Both the position numbers and the translations under genes were made by a program. The notes under the pieces are model-generated. The model saw only the letters and a program-made list of their open reading frames with translations. It did no database searches and was not told where the DNA came from. Shown one piece after another: positions 12,941-24,749 of a stretch of DNA of 64,000 nucleotides. Positions within the stretch are counted from its first letter, which is position 1. The number at the start of each line of letters is the position of its first letter. This stretch comes from Paramecium tetraurelia (Eukaryota), in NCBI GenBank assembly GCA_000165425.1, contig CT868640.1, positions 67,142 through 131,141 on the forward strand, given 5' to 3'.

Positions 12941-13270
12941 ATGAACAATGTACCATTGCAAGTGATTCTGATTCACAAAATTATTAAAACAAAGGGGGAT
13001 CAAGAAGATATGATATTGCCAGACTCTGATTAAGAGGATTAATGTCCAACTCCAAATACAAACAAAGAAAATGGAGATAATGAATCACGATTAAGATTAA
13101 AGATGAAGCAACTTAGATTCAGCAATTAAAATCAAGTCTATTATTTCTCTCAGAATGGAAGATCCTCTCCAAATCAATCTCCTGCTCTTTCTCCAAAATA
13201 TTCTCCAAATTCACTCTAATCTATTCTAAAACCTAAAAGTTGCTCCATATTCGGATAGGCGAAGAGATGA
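12941..13270 (+). CDS. Small hypothetical protein (109 aa) with RVxF-like and SILK motifs
   Basis: 330-nt ORF: MNNVPLQVILIHK...MKQLRFSNQNQVYYF...SPNQSPALSPKYSPNSLQSILKPK...GQAKR-TGA. Confidence 0.6.
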
Positions 13271-13506
13271 TTTTGAAACCATTTTGTTCTATATATACTT
13301 AGTTTAAAATGTTTACAGAAACGTATTTTTATTGATATAGTATATAACCATTTATTTCATTGAACAAATATCATAGTGTTATTATTTGCAAGGATAATAA
13401 ATGAATTTCAATACAATTAATTTAGTGTGATGACAACTTTAAAATTATAATAATTTTGATTTATTAAACAAGTTTATTTAATTAGTAAATAATCAATATG
13501 CATATA

Positions 13507-15247
13507 TCAGTTCTATGATTTCTTTATAAGTTTTCTATTGTTTGGAACAGTAAATTAGTCAGGACAATCATATGCTTCTTCTTCATCTGACTAATATGAT
13601 TAATAAAAGATAGATACCATTTGAGAGTTCTTGAGTTGCAAAAACAATGAAGAAGTTTATAATTCCTATCTGTATTGATTCTTATTAATTAAAATTATAC
13701 TTATCTCATAGCCAAAATGCATGATCCCAATTGGACTGGTGTTAGACATTCCTTCAATTACTCCCACATCTAATCAACCTTCAAGGCTTCACTCTATATT
13801 AACTTCAATTACTCTTTTATTTTATGTATCGAACTAAATTTGTAATTAATGATACTCAGATATATTGTTCCTAACACTTTGCAGTTTAGTTTTCATCCTC
13901 TTGACTTTTACAATTTGTTCTGGCTTGATATCAGTCTTTTAGAATGAGTCGACCATCCAATCAGAATAATCACTGGTATTGAAATTGAATAAAAATACTT
14001 TGGTTGTTATGCAAAAAAGTCTTTGTTCTTTTCCAATGCATATATCAAGTATCTAGTTTGAATGGGAAGACAGACTTCTACCATCTAATCAAAATGATTC
14101 CTTGCAGCATCATTTCTTTCCTAACTATTTGAATTAGTCCTATATCTTAAGGCATCTAAAATCATTCCTATTTCAATATTGTCTTTATTTTTAATTAGAT
14201 AGGTTTCCAATTTATCAAACAATAATTATTATTATTCTAAGAACATTTAAAACTAATAATCTTAGAGTAAAATACTTTTTCTTAAGATTTATTACAGATT
14301 TCTGTATACTTTTATTAATTTTAAATCTATTATTTAAGTGAATCCACTTCTATCTATAATTCTTAAGCTTTCACTTCCAATAATTCATAATAAATCTTCT
14401 TTCTCGCCCTTGAATTTCTTGCTGATTCCCTATTTTTAGCCAATTTTTATTGTACTGGATCTTGATTAGGATCATTACTATTTTATTGATTAAAATCTGA
14501 TGAAAAATCTGAATGGTCCCTCTATAAATTGGGAGATTTCCTTTATAGTTTTTATTGACTTTTTCTAAAATAATAAAATTTAAATGATTACGATAGATGA
14601 GTGTGCGGTTGATTTCTTGTTTATAAGGTCAATTTCTATTAGGTCTATTCAACAAGCTAAGTTATTTTGTTTGTATAAATGCTCTTTGAGATATTTACAT
14701 TAAAGAGATTCTTGTTTTCTTCAATGATATTTTGGTTGATCTCTGGCTTAAAATTATTGCTGATTTGTTATGCAGATTCTATATTTGGCATAAATTAAGA
14801 TTAATACATATTTTCATTTCGAATTCACTTGATGATCTCTAACTGTTTTTTTGCAGTTATAGGGCATCCTCTTCCACTTTCTATTGCTAATCAATATTTA
14901 ATCGATCCATTCTTATCTCCTCAAACTACATTTCAAAGTCCCCACTACTTCTAAAAAATGCCCCTTTTTAATTTGAAGGTTCTTAATATTCATATATTTG
15001 AATAGGGACTACTCCTTCCTCGAGACCAACCGATGATCTGTATTGATCCGGTTGTACTAAAAACGAAACATTAACCTATGCAAAACTGCCTCCTCCATTA
15101 TTTGATCCTATACTTTGTTTGTCTTGTGGAGCAATTCTACCGAAACTAGCACCTAAACTAAAATTCAATATTTGCTCAATGATATTACGCATCGAATTGG
15201 CTTCCGTAAGAGACTCCACTTTTGTTACCCTAAAACATATCACTCAT
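13507..15247 (-). CDS. bZIP transcription factor with a C-terminal DOG1/TGA-like helical region
   Basis: Basic region KLAKNRESARNSRARKKIYYELLE, followed by a leucine heptad (LEVKAQELQIEVDSL). C-terminal EQLKECLTPVQLGSCILA. Five tiny introns. Confidence 0.88.
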
Positions 15248-15291
15248 TTTTCAATATATATATATAATTATTTCTAAGTATAAACAATTGA
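15248..15291. promoter_or_regulatory. 44-bp divergent intergenic spacer (putative bidirectional promoter) with a (TA)n tract
   Basis: Lies between the bZIP ATG (minus strand, 15247) and the ATG at 15292 (plus strand). Confidence 0.45.
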
Positions 15292-16149
15292 ATGGATAAT
15301 GTAATAAATGTACACATACGATCTCAATGTCCTCTCTTAACGTTTTAAGATTCGAGTCCCAGATTAAAAGGACCCTTATATTATAAAAGGCTTCATAAAA
15401 AATCAACTGAGTTTCTTATAACAAACGAAACGTACAGCAAGTGTACAGAAAAGACTTGGAGAATACAAATGAGACCTTTGCTCATGCCTGATTTAATGGG
15501 GAAGAGCCAAATTCAAACCCCAAAATATAAATGTTTACATGGTCAGAAGAGTCATAGATCACAAAGTTGTGATGAAAAGATTTATGGTTCATATGGAAGC
15601 AAATGGCGTAGATTAATTTCTTAAGGTTTGTTCTATGTGAAGCAACGGCGACATAAATAAATTATCTATCGATTTAAGATATATGTGAGAGCAGTTTAAC
15701 TCGTTTTAGCTTACTTTAAATATAAGAAAATAAGATCATAGCATCAAAAGAATACTAAGAGAATCTCCAAGCCAAGAGTCTCAATTGCAAAACCTAGGAA
15801 ACAATCAGGATAATCCACATTAATTTCACTTCCTCAATTTTATTAAACTGACGCTTTATAAATGTTGCATCAGTTGCATAATGAATCCAGATCCGAAATC
15901 CATAGTCCCTAATCTTAATTTGACAGGTAAAAATAGAAAACCCTATCTCAAATGAACTTCGACAACTTCTTAAAAAGACCCATATAACAATTTATAAAAA
16001 ACAAGAATCTTTCTTCATTATCAGAACACAAATCAGCCTAACCTAGTAAGAGAACTTGTAAAACAGAGCACAGTTTAAAACGATTTGCCAGTATGTAGTC
16101 ACTTCATCGAAAATTACAGATGTCATAAGCATATCAAACATCGCACTGA
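15292..16149 (+). CDS. Basic hypothetical protein (285 aa)
   Basis: Intronless 858-nt code-6 ORF, MDNVINVHIRSQCP...SQAYQTSH-TGA. Confidence 0.7.
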
Positions 16150-16220
16150 AACTAGTTGATATAATTTGATAATAAAAATGTGAAACTTTCTTATTTCTTA
16201 TAATATTATTCAAAAATTGA

Positions 16221-18282
16221 TCATTTATGATTAACTCTAAGTCTTGATGAAAATATGATATTGCACAATTTTTAGATTGTAATTTCCTTATTATTTTCAT
16301 ATACTTTCTTTTACAATTAAATATCTTAATTTTTTTGTCTCTATTTGAATTGTATTTGTAATTTATAAAGCATGTCTGCTTTTGAAGCTGACATAGTGCT
16401 TCTTCTACTTTAAATATTGTTTTGAGGAGTAACTTAATTAGAGAATAGTTATTTCCATTCTACTCTCTGACTTAAATTAATTATGGTTTGAATTTCCAAT
16501 TTATCATTTGATCTCTTTTTGTTTTCAGATGACTACCTTGGACTAAACAAACTGGGAGTGTGTAGAGTAGATCTGGAAATGGTTTAAGGAGAAGTATTTG
16601 TAGTTCGAGCTGAGTTGAAATGACAACTTGTGCATTGTATTAGAGAACCTTAATTTTATTATTTTGTTGGAGATCCTTTCATTTTAGGTGAGTTGCTTTT
16701 CCATTTCCTTGATTTTTCTTTTTTAGAGTCTTCTCGAAATATACGATCTATAAGTTTTTGGTTAAAGTCTGAATATTTTCGAATAGGTTGGGTTTTTGGG
16801 ACAGCCTTATCCGGACTTTAACTTTCTGGAGGTTCCTATACTGAACGGTTAGTGCAATTCTCTAAAAATGAGGATCTTGGAGATGAGGGATCCTCTCATT
16901 AGTAATAAATTTACTTATTAATTACGAGTTTAGAATTCATAAATAACAGGTATGACTGCCGAATTTGGATTAGATTAGACGGCTGGTCTCATCATAGTGA
17001 TACCACCTCTGAGTTAAAGTTGCTAATTTCTGTTTGGTCCTCCAGCCATTGTAACTTCTTTCTTGATCATCTTCTTGTTGTTAATGGTCTTGGGACTTAG
17101 CAAATTGGATGGAGATTAGGTTATCACTTTTTGCATCCAAGGGTGTCTGATCACTTGATATGCGGAGTATCTCTCATTCTGATCAGGATTAAGCATATTT
17201 GCGAGTAGATCTTTATATTCCTTAGTTAGGATGAGAGAAGAAGGGAATGAGTAATTGCACTTCAAGATATTGTCAATAGTTTACTCATCACTTTTGGTAG
17301 TAAAGGGCAAGTTGCCACAAACCAAAGCATATAGGATGACTCCCAGAGCCCAGATATCGATAGATGGTTTGATTTCAATGGCTTAACCACTCATCAATTC
17401 AGGTGGCATATAACTTAATGAGCCTCGGTCGACTTTATCAATCGTGAAATTTGTTGATACGGTGGCTATACCGAAATCAATGATTTTAATGATTTTCTCG
17501 ACCTTTGATGTCAATAGTATGTTTTCTAATTTCAAATCACGATGTATTAATCGTTTGTCATGACAGTATCGAATGGCTTCTGCTATTTGTCTAAAGATTA
17601 TTCTAGCCTCTTGTTCTGACAATCCTCCCTTTTCTAATACTGAATGAAGGGATTACCTTGTAGATACTCGACCAAATCTCCTCCTTAGAGAAACTCCATT
17701 ATCAAGACCACTTGCATATTGGGAAGAGTGTAGCAATTCAATATCTTGACTATGTTGTTATGTCGCAGGTTCTTCATCACTTCTGCCTCTCTGAATACTA
17801 GATCAATATCTTCGGCATTCCACAATTTTCCAGAATCAATTAATTTGATGGCCACTTGTTCCCCTGTAACTTTGTGTTTACCCAACATAACCTTGCCGAA
17901 CCCTCCCTCTCCAAGCACTTTCATTATCTAATACACACTGATTTAAGAGTAAGCATCGAATTCACCGCCTATTTAGATTGTTTTATAATTGTACTATCGG
18001 AAACATACAGTAATGTTCCTTCTTTTATAAAATGTAGATCCTCCTAGAATATCTCGACTCCTTATTAGGTGTAGAGTCTCAACCATGATATCTTCATTTT
18101 AAAATGCTTCTCCATTTTCTTCTTAATATCATGCATTGTTATTTGACCCTTCATGAATGACATCAGACAAATACTTGGAAGAACCTGAATTTGATGATTT
18201 CAGCATCAGCCTATCCATTCAGTGTTAGCAGGATGTGTCTTTTCTTATCCGCTTATAGAGAATCATTCAATTCAAAGTCCAT
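16221..18282 (-). CDS. CAMK-group (CAMKL/SNF1-like) kinase with an N-terminal KHA-like domain and a disordered tail
   Basis: LGEGGFGKV, VAIK, HRDLKLEN, DFG, GSLSYMPPE, DIWALGVILY. N-terminal LRLYTQQGVEIFQEDLHFIKEGTLLYVS. Four tiny introns; the exact 3' end is less certain. Confidence 0.9.
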
Positions 18283-18293
18283 TAATTAATTTA
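18283..18293. promoter_or_regulatory. 11-bp head-to-head spacer between two start codons
   Basis: CAT-TAATTAATTTA-ATG separates the kinase ATG (18282, minus) from the helicase ATG (18294, plus). Confidence 0.55.
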
Positions 18294-20441
18294 ATGGATG
18301 ATATATAAGTGAAAGTTTTTATCCCAGAAAAATCTAAAGCAGTAACCCCAAAAAGAGATCGCAAATTAGAACATCAACAAAGGAAACTCAAACAAGAACA
18401 GAAGAAATAAAAATATTTTGACAAAATCCATTCAAACAGACAAACTGAATAATAGCCACAACATTAAATCGAAAACAACGAAGTCCAATAAATCAACTAA
18501 ACAAATGACCACAAACAATCACAAAGAAAACCAAGAGTGCCCATGAAATAATTGGTTATCCATTAGAAACCACAAAGTGTTACTTTACCATCAATTAATG
18601 TTGAACAAGAGGGCGAAGTCTTTACTGAATAATATTTTGAAGATCTCCAAATTCACCCCAATGTCAAATTGGGATTGAAATCAAGTGAATACATCAAAAT
18701 GACCAAAATCCAATAACTAGCCATTCCTATCGTAGACACAAGTAATTACTAATCTCTATTTCATTAGAAGCCAACACATTCATCAAATCTGAAACAGGGT
18801 CAGGTAAGACACTTGCTTATATGGTACCACTCATCTCTCATTTGATGAGTGCTGAAGTTAGAATTACTAGAGAGTAAGGAACTTACATTTTGATTGTTTG
18901 TCCAACTAGAGAACTCTCTTTGTAATGTGTGGATGCTGCACTCAAGGTAGGAAAAAAATGTCCTAACATAGTTGTGGGGGCATTGGTTGGTGGAGAAAAT
19001 GCAAATCATGAAAAAGCTAGACTTAGAAAGGGAGTCACCATAGTGGTTGGGACTCCTGGTAGAATATTATATCATATTCAAAACACTCAAAGTTTCAAAT
19101 ACTTAAACATTCACACTTTGGTCTTTGAAGAGTGCGATAGAATTTTAGATATGGGATTTTAAAAGGACATTGAATAATTGATTGAATTATTCAGTGACAA
19201 AATTGATATTCCATCTTGTCAGAAAATTATGGTTTCAGCACATGTCAATCAAAATATCTGTCAAATCAAAGGATTAGAAATTACACCCAAGAATTATAAA
19301 TTTGTTGGATTCTCCAAAGAATTCATTAAAGGAACCAAAAACAAGGATATTCAAATAAATGATGAGAATTAATAATGTGATTGGCTTGGAGAAGGTGATC
19401 CAACATGGTAAATCCCATCCACTCTCAAGTAATATTATACTCTCATTTAAGAACATCAAAAATTGGCATTTCTTTTTGCCTACATTCGTACTTAAATTGG
19501 TAAGAAAACCATAATCTTTGTATCCACCTGCGATGAAGTTGAATTTTATTCCTTTCTTTTCTAATAGGTTTAGTTTAATAATCCATTCAAAAAAGATTAA
19601 CAATAACATGTTGAAGAGGAAGAAGAAGAAGAAGAAAAGAAATAAGCATTCATAACACAAGAGGTCTATAAATTACATGGGAACATTGAATAATAACAGA
19701 GATCTAAGACTTACTTCAATTTCAAGAAAAGCAAATATTAAGAAGGATGTGTTCTAATTTCAACTTCAGTGGCTTCAAGAGGTCTTGATTTCCCTGATGT
19801 GACAAATATCTTAGTTTTTGATCCTCCAGATTCATATGATGATTATGTCAATAAAGTAGGAAGAACGGCAAGAATTAATAAAAATGGTATCAGTCTTATG
19901 GTGCTCTTTGAAAAGTATTCATTTCATTTTTAATCCTAGTCTTGAATCACAACAATTCATAGAGGAAACCCAATCTCATTTAGCTGCACCTCTGAATCTT
20001 ATTGAATCAGCAGAATACTTTAAAGCCTTCCAATATTATCTATTTGAAACAAAAAAGATTCACGATAAGATGCCTGACAAATTCCTGGCCTTAATGATCA
20101 AACAAAAAATCAAATAGGATAAGGATTATTAATTGCAATCAAGAAGGTTTAATTGATTATCATTTTCTAGAGCTTATGTAAGTTTCCTAAGAGCATACGG
20201 TAGATTGAAGAGCTTTAAGATCAAGACTTTGAATTTGCATAACTTATCCAAGTCCTTTGCTCTGGAAAAAGCATTCTCTGAAGACACAAAGGATGAAAGA
20301 TATCAGAAAGACTTGAAGTTTATCAACAGAGAGAAGTTCAGACAAAGAGAGGATTAAGCCAATGAAACCAGATGGGATAGAGAGAGAAAAAAGAGAAGAG
20401 TCATGTCCTAGGCAGAATTAAGTAAAATGGAATTCATGTGA
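18294..20441 (+). CDS. DBP7: DEAD-box RNA helicase of the DBP7/DDX31 family, with non-canonical motifs
   Basis: [38 protein letters not shown] (DBP7/DDX31 signature), [36 protein letters not shown]-terminal [19 protein letters not shown]. Three introns; TGA 20439-20441. Confidence 0.88.
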
Positions 20442-20534
20442 TTTGTATATATATAAAACAATAGTATATGTATCGGTATAATCTCTATAATGGGCTTTCA
20501 TTTTAATTTGGTGAATAAAATGAAACAAAAAGAA

Positions 20535-22154
20535 TCAAGAGTCTGCACCACAAAACATGCACAATAAATCTGAATTGGGATGTCCTTAATTTATTACTTC
20601 CTTTAGATGATTAAATTGAATTTCTTATTGATAATCTATTCCTACTGAATCAAAAATGATTTTTGAGAAGAATTATGACATCTCATCCAAAAATTCTCTA
20701 TTTCCATTCTTTATGAACTTCTGCAATGTTTATTAACTCAATTTTACAACCTCCTAATATGAAAGTTAACCATCCTTATTAGAATCTGCAATCTTGATAA
20801 ACAAATCAATTCTTTGATCCCTCGTTTTAGCTTATACTGAACTCATTAAATATAAGAATTGTCCCCAATCCAAGAAACCAGAACAACGACTATCTATGAT
20901 ATCAAATATTCCCCTTGCCATGTTCTCTGCTTAATCCTGGATGGTTTCAATTCCATTCCTGTACACTTCATAAGTAATACCTTAAACCTGCAATTACTTC
21001 CTCTTTATTTTCATATATCCTGATATGAGATGCAAGACTTTATAAAGAGAGAAAAAAGCATATAATTGGCTTCTGTTCAACCTATATTTTGCTTGCAATG
21101 AAGGAATGTTCAAATGCAACAAAGGGGGTATTTTGTGTAACATCTTCTTTTCTTAAGGAACGTAGGCCTTGGGAGTTTTAGAGTCAGCTGGGAACTGTTT
21201 CCCCAATATCTTGGTTAATTTTGTGCTTATTAAACTCGAAGTAGATATTTATTTCATTTCAAGGGCTCTGCTTTTCGGGGTTGGATAGAGTACATTTTCA
21301 TAAAAGCGAATTATTTTTTCAACTTCTTCGTTTTCCTTTGAAAGATTTGATTTGAGTTTATTTATGAAATTGTCTAATTCATCCTAACATTTTTGCATGT
21401 TATCTATGAAATACTACTCTTGTTCTGTTAAATAATGTCTGGGAGTTGAATTAGGAATATTGGTTTTATTATTATAGGATAAATTTGATAGTTTATTTTA
21501 AGAGCTGAATGATTGATGAGTTGTTTTGAATTTACAATTGGTAATAATAAAGGGATCAGAATTTTGGCGACTTGTCATTTTGAAATTATCATAAACATTT
21601 TCTAAATCTTAGATCCCCTTTTAGAGTATTCGAGATCGGAAACTACTTTGGGGAATCAAATGATCAAAAGGATTGTTATGGATAATGTGTTGATTTGAAT
21701 TCAATAATGATTGTTTCCTTGATTTATCATCTGAAATGTTGTTGCTTAGAAAACTAGTATCCATTTAGATTATTTGAAATAATAATTTCTCGTATTTCTT
21801 ATCGTATAACCAATGGTTGTTATCTTTTGTGCTGACGAGATAGGTTTCTATGGTTTGATCATACATGGTAATCTAATTACCATTTAAATCATAAAAATAA
21901 AATTTTGGAGTTTTTAGTTGATTCAAATCGGAATATTGATTTAACTCTTTCTCCATCAATTTCTCTATCTTAATTTATTTTCCTTAAGTGTAAAAACAAT
22001 TCACCTTCTTGCAGTTAACAGTGTAATGATTTTAAACATCATCAATAAACACGACTTTGAAGGCAATCAATTTGGATGACGAAGAGCTTGCTTAAGATAG
22101 TTTCAATAGAGGATTCCTCAACTTAATATTGCTATTTCCTATTAATCTTGCCAT
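20535..22154 (-). CDS. EF-hand protein with a C-terminal neuronal-calcium-sensor/calcineurin-B-like domain (539 aa)
   Basis: Intronless 1620-nt ORF. C-terminal IFDIIDSRCSGFLDWGQF..RIDLFIKIADSNKDGQLSYQEV. Confidence 0.8.
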
Positions 22155-22171
22155 TATTAATTAAAATAAAA
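22155..22171. promoter_or_regulatory. 17-bp head-to-head spacer containing TTAATTAA
   Basis: Lies between the EF-hand gene ATG (22154, minus) and the THOC5-like ATG (22172, plus). Confidence 0.5.
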
Positions 22172-23772
22172 ATGGAAATACAATAAAAAATCCAAACACT
22201 GATAGATCAAATGAGAGAGAATGTAAGCAAGGCTACGGGTAAAAGAAATGATAGCATTGATTATTAATTGCTTACTGATTTAAGGAAAACACATAGAGAA
22301 CTATATAGAAGTATAGAAGGAAATAGGAGAGTAAATTAATTGGAAAAAGATCAATTAGACAAATAGACAATCAATTCTGAATGCTTGAAGTATTCTAACA
22401 CCTAATTGCAATAACAAATAGGGCAATTCAAAGCCTTACAAACACATCATTATAATTAAATTAGAAGATAACTTGATTTGGAAGGTAAGAATCCATTGGA
22501 TCACAATAAAGAAATACTACATAAATTGGAGACTGAATTAGAAGTAAGAAGAGAAAAGAAGAAAAAACATGAAGAAATTACTAGCGAGTTCGAGCATCTA
22601 CAATCACAGTATGATTAAAAGAAATCACAATATTTCTAAGTTTTGCCAGACTTACTGAAACAAACATAATCGCATCTTATACCTACTTTGAATATATTTG
22701 AAATCCCTCATCTAGCACTTCCATCTCAATAAGAATTCTTTTAATAATTACCTTAACCATTACATTAAATTTATTAAAAATTACAAACCAAATTCTTACA
22801 ATTAGAAATCATTTCACACCCTATCTCAGACAGCTTCTATAAATTATCCCAATTTGAATTGAAAGTAACTATCGAACAAGGCCTATTTGATCAAATTGCA
22901 TTAAATTATTTGGGAGTTAAGTAGGAATCCTTTTATGAAAATATCTACCCCTTCTCATTCAGTATCAGATACTTTACCACTTTAGATAAGATTGTATTTT
23001 AAGTGGATCGAAATAATCAAATCTCATCAGAGGAACTCTTTTGTGGGTTATTTAAAGGAGATCCTGGTGAACCAATAATCGTAAATGCGAAGAGTGATGA
23101 AGAAATTAATATTAATAATAAATATATGACTTTTCGATGGGCTAAACTATTGACTGGATTTGAATTGAGTCCTCAGGAATTCTATCTATAATTGTAGAAA
23201 AGAATATACAACATATAATTAATCAAAATTCAATTGCAAAAATTGTAAAGAAATGAATTGCTTACTAATTTCCCTGGATTGAATTTTGAATAGGGGTTTT
23301 AATTAAAATATTTTGGTAATTCTCAAATAAATGATGACTCTCCTTTTTGGTATAAGCTTTGTTAAGGGGAAAGTTTGATTTACAAACAAAACAAGGACAC
23401 TACCTTATTGGTCGAAGATAAAACTTTATAATCATATATTTAATTAAATTATAGATTTGAAGGCCAAGCTGAACATCTTCATGACTGCTACAAAATGTTA
23501 TTAGCTAAGGATGACTAATAAATAGAGATCGGTATCATAGTACCGCTGAGTTATCCTCAATAGTATTAATTTTATATATAAACAGGTCAGTACGTTATTA
23601 GATTATATCTACTTAAAGTATTAATATTTCACAATATGAATTTTTCATAATTTGTAAAAATTTAGGGAATTGCTTAATCGAAGGCCTTTAATTATCATAT
23701 TAAATACTAAGAATTATCTAATAATTATCTGCAAGAAGATAAAATATACAATATTTTTTAAAACATTAATGA
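22172..23772 (+). CDS. THOC5: THO complex subunit 5 (FMIP/THOC5)-like protein
   Basis: LRKTHRELY..EKDQLDKQTINSECLKY..LQQQI..F, DHNKEILHKLETELEVR, LIPTLNIF..QLPQPLHQIY follows the THOC5 N-terminal pattern. One 23-nt intron near 23563; TGA 23770-23772. Confidence 0.7.
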
Positions 23773-23899
23773 AAGTGTATATATTTTATTTATCCATAAA
23801 AATTATCTTTATTATCTTAATTTTGTATTCATCATACAATTATAAAATTTATCAAACATCACGTATAATTAATTCTAAATCAAAGATTTAAATTAATGG

Positions 23900-24700
23900 T
23901 TTTGAGTGGTTTTCAAGTAATTTTTATATTCTTTAAACTTAAACTACAAAATTCCTCTATCTAGCTTCTAATACTTGAAAGCAATTAAATTTTTGGTGAA
24001 TTTGAGTAGAATTTGAAAATCCTTTTATATGTGATTAGCCGAATAAGGACCTTAAAGAAGAATCAAATTTCAATTTTTTGTAATTATTTTTTTGCCTTAT
24101 TTCACTTCTTTTCAGAGTCCTAAATGCATTTCTATTTAAAGCTTTTAATCTTATTTTGGGAAGATATAAAATTGACATTTTTCAAATAATTTTTATATAA
24201 TAACTGCTAAAAAATGATATTCTACCTATTTTTCTTAAAGAGGAAGAAAAAATTTGGAAAGTTACATCAAACTATAATTTAGTACAACAAACAAGAAAAA
24301 TTAATTTTCACTTTAAATTGTTCTACCTAAGGCAGTTTCAGATTATAATTCAAATTTGGTTAGTCTATTGATGGTACGGAATATGAATTTTAATGTTTAC
24401 AATAAATTGATTAGGAAGGGTTGAAAATCCTGTTTAAGATATTCCAAGCAAGGAGGAAAACATAGTATATGAGCCTAATTAAAAATAATTGATATTTGTG
24501 TTGAGTTTATTATTGATTATATGAACTCTGAAAATCTATTAGGTTTCTAAGGAATGAGATCAAAAGAAATATTGAATAGCAAATCATACTGAAGAATTTG
24601 ATAAAGTTAGACAGCTATTGGTCAATGGTGATGAAATTTAATTTTTGGAAAGATAATTAAAAATAAAATAATAATTGATAAGTATTAATCTAAACCCCTC
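23900..24700 (+). pseudogene. Possible decayed gene relic
   Basis: An unusually long gap of about 1 kb for this window. It holds short protein-like stretches (SIDGTEYEFQCLQ; VENPVQDIPSKEENIVYEP; HTEEFDKVRQLLVNGDEI) in shifting frames, with no intact ORF. Confidence 0.25.
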
Positions 24701-24749
24701 CTTTACATGTAATTTTTTACTACAGAAATAACATTATTTAAATTAAAAA

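Noticed and set aside
12792..12944. Short ORF from ATG 12792 upstream of the 12941 gene
   Set aside because: It is about 50 codons, out of frame with the downstream ORF, and has no supporting splice or motif.
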